From contig NZ_JHUX01000003.1 in assembly GCF_000619845.1 (NCBI RefSeq), positions 370,064-402,063 of the forward strand: a stretch of DNA of 32,000 nt, given 5' to 3'. The notes beneath the pieces are model-generated. The model was not told where the DNA came from. It saw only the letters and a program-made list of their open reading frames with translations, and searched no databases. Source of the stretch: Alkanindiges illinoisensis DSM 15370. GTDB lineage: Bacteria; Pseudomonadota; Gammaproteobacteria; Pseudomonadales; Moraxellaceae. The translations under genes and the position numbers were made by a program. How positions within the stretch are numbered: position 1 is the first letter of the stretch; the number at the start of each line of letters is the position of its first letter. Shown piece after piece: positions 25,611 to 32,000 of the stretch.

Positions 25611-26660
25611 TTAATCCGCCAGTTTCCACGCTTGCCAGATCTGATCAATTTCTGCCAGTTGTCTGGCTTTTTCGGCATCACTTAACCAAGACGCGATAAA
25701 ACTGTTTTTGGCCAGTTGTACGATATCCTGATCGGACAGATTCAATGCAGTAGTGCAAGCTTTAAAGTTATCATTCACATAACCGCCAAAATAGGCTGGA
25801 TCATCCGAGTTAATCGTTACCAGCAAGCCCATATCCAGCATCTGTTTTAAGGGATGCTCCTGCATGGTAGTGAAAACCTTTAGGCGGATATTTGACAATG
25901 GGCAGACTGTCAAAGGTATCTGCTCAGCCACCAGTTGCCTGACCAGCTCAGCATTTTCAAGACTTCGTACGCCATGATCAATACGCTTTACATTCAACAA
26001 ATGCAGCGCATCCATTACATATGCAGCCGGGCCTTCTTCCCCGGCATGTGCCACACAGGGCAGGTTTAGCTCCTGACAGCGTTTAAATAACCGTTCAAAC
26101 TTGGCAGGCGGATGACCCTTTTCACTGGAATCCAGCCCGAAGCCATCAATGCCCTGCAAAAAAGGCATCGCCTGTTCCAGAACATCAAAGCCTTCCTGCT
26201 CGGTTAAGTGCCGTAAAAAACTGAATATCAGTCTGGATGATAGGCCCCACTGCGCCTGTGCCTCATCCAGTGCGCGGCGGATACCCTGATAAACAATGGC
26301 AAACGGCACGCCACGCAAGGTATGGGTTTGCGGATCAAAAAAGATTTCCGTGTGTACGATATTGTCGTCATGGGCTTTTTGCAGATAAGCCCACGTCAGG
26401 TCATAAAAATCCTGCTCGGTCAGCAACACGGCTGCACCGGCATAATACAGGTCTAAAAACGATTGCAGATTATGAAAATCATAGGCTGCACGTAGCTCGT
26501 CAATACTGGCATAAGGCAGGGTCACTTGATTACGCTGGGCCAGTGCAAACATCAGTTCGGGTTCAAGCGTGCCTTCAATATGCAGGTGCAGTTCGGTTTT
26601 GGGCAATTGTCCAATCAGTTGATACAGCCTGTGCTGCGTGTTAGTGCATTGCGTTGTCAT
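25611..26660 (-). CDS. adenosine-deaminase-family enzyme, probably adenine deaminase
   Basis: ELHLHIEG (HxH), VAHAGE, TINSDDPAYF motifs. 349 aa. Resembles the proteobacterial ADA-like subgroup reported to act on adenine. Confidence 0.85.
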   Translation of the reverse strand: MTTQCTNTQHRLYQLIGQLPKTELHLHIEGTLEPELMFALAQRNQVTLPYASIDELRAAYDFHNLQSFLDLYYAGAAVLLTEQDFYDLTWAYLQKAHDDNIVHTEIFFDPQTHTLRGVPFAIVYQGIRRALDEAQAQWGLSSRLIFSFLRHLTEQEGFDVLEQAMPFLQGIDGFGLDSSEKGHPPAKFERLFKRCQELNLPCVAHAGEEGPAAYVMDALHLLNVKRIDHGVRSLENAELVRQLVAEQIPLTVCPLSNIRLKVFTTMQEHPLKQMLDMGLLVTINSDDPAYFGGYVNDNFKACTTALNLSDQDIVQLAKNSFIASWLSDAEKARQLAEIDQIWQAWKLAD

Positions 26661-26724
26661 GATGCGCCTATCCTCAGTATTTGGTCTAAGTATTTAACCT
26701 GATCAAAGTGAATGCCTAACTGAT

Positions 26725-26740
26725 AGCCAGCATTGGGCCA
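26725..26740 (-). promoter_or_regulatory. weak sigma-54-like element upstream of the adenine deaminase gene
   Basis: Minus strand reads TGGCCC-aatgc-TGGCT with correct GG-N10-GC spacing but an imperfect -12 box. It lies 65 bp upstream of the ATG. Confidence 0.3.
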
Positions 26741-26812
26741 GTGCGATGTGGTTTTAGCCATTATGTGTGTTTCGCCATAACCACTATATCCATTGTAGCC
26801 AGTCTGGGGCAG

Positions 26813-26828
26813 TGGCATAGAGGTTGCT
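26813..26828 (+). promoter_or_regulatory. sigma-54-like -24/-12 promoter for the ABC ATPase-permease operon
   Basis: TGGCAT-agagg-TTGCT is a near-consensus match, 116 bp upstream of ATG 26944. Confidence 0.6.
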
Positions 26829-26943
26829 TCTTTATATTTCACATAAAACACGGTTTAGCAATGCAGATTTGATCCCTGTCTGGCAATGCCTTTACTGGTT
26901 ATTTAACGGCTCAAGAGCTGGTGAACGTTGGAGAGTTTTAAAC

Positions 26944-28566
26944 ATGAACAGCGCTGATTCCACTGAAAATCCGCTTGCAGATGGTATCGCCATAGCACAG
27001 GGGCCGGCCTCCGAAAACTCACCGCTACGTCTGGAGCTGGTCAATATTACCAAACGCTACAACGCGCTGGTTGCCAATGACCATGTCAGTTTAAAGGTGG
27101 GAGTGGGCGAAATTCATGCAGTGCTGGGTGAAAACGGAGCAGGTAAAAGTACTCTGATGAAAATTATCTATGGGGCAGTTAAAGCCAATGACGGTGAAAT
27201 CATCTGGAATGGCCGCTCAGTCAGCATTGATAGTCCGGCGGCAGCACGCCGTCTGGGCATTGGCATGGTGTACCAGCATTTTTCCCTGTTTGAAACCCTA
27301 ACGGTTGCCGAAAATATTGCGCTGGGACTGGAAGAAAAATTTGATCTGGCGGCACTGTCAGCCCGGGTGATTGAAGTCTCGGAAAAATATGGCTTGCCAC
27401 TTGACCCCAAGCGTACTGTTTATAGCTTGTCAGTCGGGGAGCGGCAACGGGTAGAAATTGTGCGTTGCCTGCTGCAAAACCCATCCCTGCTGATCCTGGA
27501 TGAACCCACGTCGGTGCTGACCCCGCAAGCGGTACAAAAGCTGTTTGAAACCCTGCGACGATTGGCCAGTGAAGGCGTGTCCATTTTATATATCAGCCAT
27601 AAGCTCAATGAAATCCAGAGTCTGTGTGACAAGGCGACCATTTTACGCGGTGGCAAAGTGACCGGGGTGGCAAATCCTAAACAGGAAACTACCAGCAGTC
27701 TGGCACGCATGATGATCGGACGTGACCTGCCTGCCTATGAACATCCTGCCTATCAGGGCGAAGTGAAACCGGTATTTTCAGTCAATCAGTTAAGCCTGAG
27801 ATCAAGTGATCCGTTTGGGACGTCCTTAAAAGATATTTCACTCACCCTGAATGCGGGTGAAATTCTTGGCATTGCGGGTATTTCCGGTAATGGTCAGGCA
27901 GAACTTCTGGCTGCCCTGTCTGGTGAGGCGCCCACTGCCAAAGACAGCATTAGCTTAAATGGCCAGCCTATTGGCCATTTGAATGCAGGCCAGCGCCGTG
28001 ATCTGGGTTTTGGCTTTGTGCCCGAAGAGCGGCTGGGTCGTGGTGCAGTGCCTGCCATGACATTGATCCAGAATGCGCTACTGACGGCATCACGGCAGGG
28101 TCTGGTGTGCATGGGACTAGTGAGTTATCACAAGGCGCGGGACTTTGCCAAACGCTGTATTGAACAGTTTGATGTGCGCACAGGTGGTACTGAGTCAGCA
28201 GCACGTTCGTTGTCTGGCGGTAACCTGCAAAAGTTTATTGTCGGCCGTGAAATCATGCAAAACCCGAAAGTAATGGTGGTGGCACAGCCAACCTGGGGTG
28301 TGGATGTCGGGGCATCAGCGTTTATTAGGCAGACCCTGATCGACCTGTCCCGGCAGGGTGTGGCCATTCTGGTAATTTCCGAGGAACTGGAAGAGCTGTT
28401 TGAAATCAGTGACCGTATTGCTGTGCTGGCAGCGGGACAGTTGTCTGACGCCCAGCCTGTTGACCAAACCAATGCCGAAGCCATAGGGCTGCTAATGTCA
28501 GGGTTACAGGCAGCAAACACCAGCCAGCCACAAACCGTTGTCAAGACGGCTGAAGGGATGGCCTAA
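26944..28566 (+). CDS. ABC transporter ATP-binding protein with two fused NBDs (CUT2 / BMP-associated type)
   Basis: NBD1: GENGAGKST, LSVGERQR, LLILDEPTS. NBD2: degenerate GISGNGQ, LSGGNLQK, VMVVAQPTWGVD. ATG 26944 with a GGAGAG SD. The ORF-track start 26824 is unlikely. Confidence 0.88.
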   Translation: MNSADSTENPLADGIAIAQGPASENSPLRLELVNITKRYNALVANDHVSLKVGVGEIHAVLGENGAGKSTLMKIIYGAVKANDGEIIWNGRSVSIDSPAAARRLGIGMVYQHFSLFETLTVAENIALGLEEKFDLAALSARVIEVSEKYGLPLDPKRTVYSLSVGERQRVEIVRCLLQNPSLLILDEPTSVLTPQAVQKLFETLRRLASEGVSILYISHKLNEIQSLCDKATILRGGKVTGVANPKQETTSSLARMMIGRDLPAYEHPAYQGEVKPVFSVNQLSLRSSDPFGTSLKDISLTLNAGEILGIAGISGNGQAELLAALSGEAPTAKDSISLNGQPIGHLNAGQRRDLGFGFVPEERLGRGAVPAMTLIQNALLTASRQGLVCMGLVSYHKARDFAKRCIEQFDVRTGGTESAARSLSGGNLQKFIVGREIMQNPKVMVVAQPTWGVDVGASAFIRQTLIDLSRQGVAILVISEELEELFEISDRIAVLAAGQLSDAQPVDQTNAEAIGLLMSGLQAANTSQPQTVVKTAEGMA

Positions 28567-28639
28567 GCAGACAAAATGTTGTTGATCACGTATCTGCTGG
28601 CAGCAGATCAATGATTGACCCGTAAGATAGAAGGGTTGA

Positions 28640-29764
28640 ATGATGCATTTATTAGAACCGCGTGCTAATCCATCGCAATTGATGAAGTGGTTATCTCCCG
28701 TGATTGCATTACTGGCCATGCTGATGGTGGGTAGCCTGTTATTTCTGGCACTGGGTAAAAACCCGCTGCATGCCTTTTATATATTCTTTATTGCGCCACT
28801 AACGACCATGTATGGCTGGAGTGAGTTGCTGATCAAGGCCAGTCCACTGATTCTGATTGCACAGGGGCTTGCGATTGGTTTTCGCGCGCGCCTGTTTAAT
28901 ATTGGCGCTGAAGGTCAGCTTACCATGGGTGCGCTATTTGGTGGAGGCATTGCCATTGCCTGTCAGGGAATGGATTCAATCTGGGTTTTGCCATTGATGG
29001 TGCTTTTCGGGGCAATCGGTGGCGCACTGTGGGGCGCTATTCCTGCCTTTTTAAAAGTCAGGTTTAACGCACAGGAAACCCTGACGACTTTAATGCTCAA
29101 CTATGTGGCTACCTTTATTTTGCTGTACCTGATCAATGGCCCGTGGCGTGATCCTTCTGGCATGAACTTTCCGCAATCCATCATGTTTGAAGGCAGCACG
29201 CTGTTTCCCATCATTATGGAAGGCACCCGGATTAATGCCTCAATCTTTATTACCATTTTTGCGGTACTGGCTTTCTGGCTGTTTGGTTCACGCAGCTTTC
29301 TGGCCTATTCGCTGGAAGTCGGTGGGCAGGCTCCTGATGCGGCGCGCTATGCCGGGTTTTCTGCCAAACGGGCGATCTGGTTTAGCCTGATTATCTCTGG
29401 AATGATGGCTGGTATTGCAGGAGTAGGCGAAATTGCCGGGCCAGTGGGCCAGCTCACTCCCAATATCTCTCCCGGGTATGGCTTTGCTGCCATTATTGTG
29501 GCGTATCTGGGTCGCTTAAATCCTGTTGGAATGGTGCTGTCCGGTTTTCTGATGGCCGTGCTGTATCTGGGTGGGGAAGCTGCACAAATGGAATTACAGC
29601 TACCCGCGGCAATTACTGGTTTGTTTCAGGGCATGCTGCTATTTTTCCTGCTGGCGGCTGATGCTTTTATTGATAACCGCTACCGCTTTGGCGCACGCCG
29701 TCACAAGGCTATGCCCAAGAAACCTGAAAATAAGAAGCCTGACAATGTACTGGCGGCCTCATGA
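28640..29764 (+). CDS. ABC transporter permease (BPD_transp_2 type), subunit 1
   Basis: 374-aa polytopic membrane protein following the dual-NBD ATPase. The basic C-terminal tail is atypical. Confidence 0.85.
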   Translation: MMHLLEPRANPSQLMKWLSPVIALLAMLMVGSLLFLALGKNPLHAFYIFFIAPLTTMYGWSELLIKASPLILIAQGLAIGFRARLFNIGAEGQLTMGALFGGGIAIACQGMDSIWVLPLMVLFGAIGGALWGAIPAFLKVRFNAQETLTTLMLNYVATFILLYLINGPWRDPSGMNFPQSIMFEGSTLFPIIMEGTRINASIFITIFAVLAFWLFGSRSFLAYSLEVGGQAPDAARYAGFSAKRAIWFSLIISGMMAGIAGVGEIAGPVGQLTPNISPGYGFAAIIVAYLGRLNPVGMVLSGFLMAVLYLGGEAAQMELQLPAAITGLFQGMLLFFLLAADAFIDNRYRFGARRHKAMPKKPENKKPDNVLAAS

Positions 29765-29842
29765 TGCTCTGTTTTTATGATTTGAGAAAAAACTTTTTGG
29801 CGCTGCAACCCGTAAGACCACCCGTAATAAAGGAAAATTAAT

Positions 29843-30760
29843 ATGCTTGATTTGGTGCCAATTCTGGCTGGTACGCTTGCTGCGGGTACGCCACTGATTT
29901 TTGCAGGCATTGGAGAGCTGGTTGCCGAGCGTACTGGTGTCATTAACCTGGGCGTGGAAGGCATGATGCTGATTGGTGCCATTGCTGGTTTTGCCTTTTC
30001 CACCCAGACGGGTCTGGGGGCCGGGGTAGGGTTAATGGCAGGTGCAGTGGCCGGGATGTTAACGGCACTGCTGTTTGCCATTCTTGCCCTGTCGCTGGCT
30101 GCCAATCAGGCCGCCTGTGGTTTGGCACTCACCATTTTTGGGGTAGGACTGTCGGCGTTTATCGGACAAAACTTTGTCAGTACCAGTTTACCCGGCTTAC
30201 AACCTTTAAGTATTCCCGGCCTGTCTGATATTCCCTTGATTGGCCCGATTCTATTTCATCAAACCTATGTGGTGTACCTGTCCATTATTACCTTGTTGCT
30301 GGTCTGGTGGGTATTGGCAAAAACCCGTTTGGGGCTGTTGCTCAAGGCAGTGGGCGAGTCACCTGAATCGGCGCATGCCATGGGCTATCATGTGCTGGCC
30401 ATCCGTTATGGCGCAGTGCTGTTTGGTGGTGCAATGGCCGGGATTGGTGGTGCATTTTTATCGACCGTCTATACACCGCTATGGGTAGAAAACATGGTGG
30501 CTGGCCGTGGCTGGATTGCCATTGCGCTGGTGGTATTTGCCACATGGAAACCGTTGCGCCTGATGCTGGGTGCTTATTTGTTTGGCGGGGTGACCATTCT
30601 GCAATTTCATGCACAGGCATTGGGCATTGAGGTCCCTGTCGAGGCACTGGCTGCACTGCCATATCTCGCCACTATTATTGTGCTGGTGATTATTTCCCGT
30701 GACCATAAATTACTGCGCATGAACCTGCCAGCGTCACTGGGTAAATCATTTTTGCCTTAA
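29843..30760 (+). CDS. ABC transporter permease (BPD_transp_2 type), subunit 2
   Basis: 305-aa polytopic membrane protein (GIGELVAERTGVINLGVEGMM motif). AAAGGAAA SD. Confidence 0.85.
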   Translation: MLDLVPILAGTLAAGTPLIFAGIGELVAERTGVINLGVEGMMLIGAIAGFAFSTQTGLGAGVGLMAGAVAGMLTALLFAILALSLAANQAACGLALTIFGVGLSAFIGQNFVSTSLPGLQPLSIPGLSDIPLIGPILFHQTYVVYLSIITLLLVWWVLAKTRLGLLLKAVGESPESAHAMGYHVLAIRYGAVLFGGAMAGIGGAFLSTVYTPLWVENMVAGRGWIAIALVVFATWKPLRLMLGAYLFGGVTILQFHAQALGIEVPVEALAALPYLATIIVLVIISRDHKLLRMNLPASLGKSFLP

Positions 30761-30844
30761 ACCGGTCGCAGCTCATCATTTAAATAATAACTTAATACAG
30801 TATTGCTGGCATCAAGTTCCGCTAAATAAAAAGGACAGTACTAA

Positions 30845-30883
30845 AGCCTGAAATCAAAATGTATGCTTATTGAATTTCAGGCT
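30845..30883. terminator. hairpin between the convergent permease and Fic genes
   Basis: AGCCTGAAAT ... ATTTCAGGCT is a 10-bp perfect stem with a 19-nt loop. There is no clear T-run, so its function as a terminator is uncertain. Confidence 0.3.
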
Positions 30884-30930
30884 ATTGATGAAATTTAATA
30901 AGCATTATTTTGTCTGTTTATTATTTCTTA

Positions 30931-31665
30931 TTATTTTAGTCCCAATACCTGCTGATAGGGCTTAAAGCCTTCCATCACAGCATTGGCAATCAGTTGAATA
31001 AAGGGTTTGATACTTTTAGAAGTTGTCCACTGATCCAAAGCCTCATAATAGGCTAACCGGTTTTCAACGGTAATCACACAAGGAGGATAACCGGCTTTCA
31101 TCAGTTCCAGATTCATCAGTAAACGGGATGTCCTGCCATTGCCATCAATAAAAGGATGAATGCCAACAAAATCTGCATGAACATAAGCAGCCCGTTCAAC
31201 CGGATGAAGATGAGCGGCCTGTTGATGATACCACTCAACAAACTGATTCATTTTGTCAGCAATCACTGTATGGTCGGGTGGCGTATGGGAGGCACCCGCA
31301 ATCAGTACATTGTTTTGCCGATAGCGACCAGCATTTTCATCATCAATATTTTTTAGGACTAACTGGTGAATATTACGGATTTGCCACTCTGAAAAAGTCT
31401 CATGCTTTTTAATAATATCCTCAACAAAAAAAATGGCATTACGATGGTTAATCGCTTCAAAGTGTTCACGGATTGCTTTACCACCCACCGTAATGCCTTC
31501 TAAGACAACCTTGGTCTCAAGCAAGGTAAGCGTATTGCCTTCAATGGCATTGGAGTGATAAGTCCAGCGTAACACCAAATCATCGTGCAGGTTCTTGACC
31601 ACCGCACCCGGCAGAGGACGGTGATTATCAAGCTGATGCTTTAACTGATCGATTCGTTCAAACAC
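30931..31665 (-). CDS. Fic-domain protein (putative AMP-transferase) with an N-terminal auto-inhibitory helix (class II)
   Basis: Canonical Fic motif HPFIDGNGRTSR. Inhibitory motif (S/T)xxxE(G/N) present as SNAIEG near the N-terminus. GTG start directly after an in-frame stop. The gene and its flanks are visibly more AT-rich than the catabolic cluster. Confidence 0.85.
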   Translation of the reverse strand: MFERIDQLKHQLDNHRPLPGAVVKNLHDDLVLRWTYHSNAIEGNTLTLLETKVVLEGITVGGKAIREHFEAINHRNAIFFVEDIIKKHETFSEWQIRNIHQLVLKNIDDENAGRYRQNNVLIAGASHTPPDHTVIADKMNQFVEWYHQQAAHLHPVERAAYVHADFVGIHPFIDGNGRTSRLLMNLELMKAGYPPCVITVENRLAYYEALDQWTTSKSIKPFIQLIANAVMEGFKPYQQVLGLK

Positions 31666-32000
31666 GCCACTGACCTAAAAAAATCATTCTCTTGATCATA
31701 CCTGATATGCCTAAAATGAAAAAATAAAGTTTTATGGTTAATATCAAAAAAACCTTAATTATCAAAGGACAAATATTGCTACTTTTGAAGAGTGTGTAAG
31801 AGCTTATAGTTTTGATAAAAAATAACTGATTTACGCTACTAAATTATAAAATAAGTAATTGATATTTAAAGTTAATTTTTCTTAAAACTGTGTTCTTGGG
31901 TGTTTCTAATAAAAGTGTACCTTGTAGTATACCTTATTAAGAAAATTATAGAAAAATTCAATGAAATCAGTAGTAAAATACTGCTGCATCGTGGGGAGGT

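Noticed and set aside
156-30706. Dozens of 60-180 aa ORFs in the six-frame track that lie inside or antisense to the large genes, for example 156-518 (+), 9006-9395 (+), 19361-19852 (-), 19660-20211 (-), 28128-28544 (-) and 29701-30105 (-).
   Set aside because: They overlap strongly supported genes in other frames. Their composition is Arg/Pro/Cys/Trp-rich and low in complexity, which is typical of shadow ORFs. None has a recognisable motif or ribosome-binding site.
31960-32000. Possible start of a plus-strand ORF (ATGAAATCAGTAGTAAAATACTGC...) at the right edge.
   Set aside because: Only 13 codons are visible before the window ends. There is no SD and no recognisable motif, so it cannot be supported.
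1-32000. Search for CRISPR arrays, tRNA/rRNA genes, IS elements or transposases, integrases and known defence-system genes.
   Set aside because: I saw no regularly spaced repeats, no cloverleaf-like or rRNA-like sequences, and no DDE or tyrosine-recombinase-like ORFs. The only accessory-type gene is the Fic protein.

Overview
The window is almost entirely one large purine-catabolic and salvage supercluster from a moderate-GC proteobacterium. An AT-rich flank carrying a Fic gene sits at the right edge. All calls rest on motifs I recognise by eye; no database search was possible.

The encoded route runs from purine bases to glyoxylate plus urea:
- Adenine deaminase (25611-26660) and guanine deaminase GuaD (11508-12845).
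- A second, CDA-fold deaminase (19594-20115) and two paralogous HxH amidohydrolase-superfamily deaminases (8663-10102 and 16627-18018).
- Xanthine dehydrogenase XdhABC (20272-25514).
- FAD urate hydroxylase HpxO (72-1229), HIU hydrolase and OHCU decarboxylase (13118-13944).
- PuuE allantoinase (10293-11264), allantoicase and ureidoglycolate lyase (2513-4163).

Uptake functions are a Tsx-like porin, a split BMP-type ABC importer, and an NMT1/THI5-type ABC importer. Local regulators are one GntR/FadR-type and one LysR-type protein. An orphan IPNS-like 2OG-Fe(II) oxygenase is embedded in the cluster.

Main non-coding observations:
1. Strictly spaced sigma-54 -24/-12 elements precede nearly every transcription unit, yet no enhancer-binding protein is encoded here.
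2. A perfect ACTGGTCTGACCAGT palindrome occurs three times. One copy directly abuts a -24 element.
3. The leader of the NMT1-type transporter operon is riboswitch-like, with an SD, an anti-SD and an anti-anti-SD segment.
4. A 15-bp inverted repeat lies in the BMP gene leader.

No CRISPR array, rRNA, tRNA, IS element or transposase was seen.
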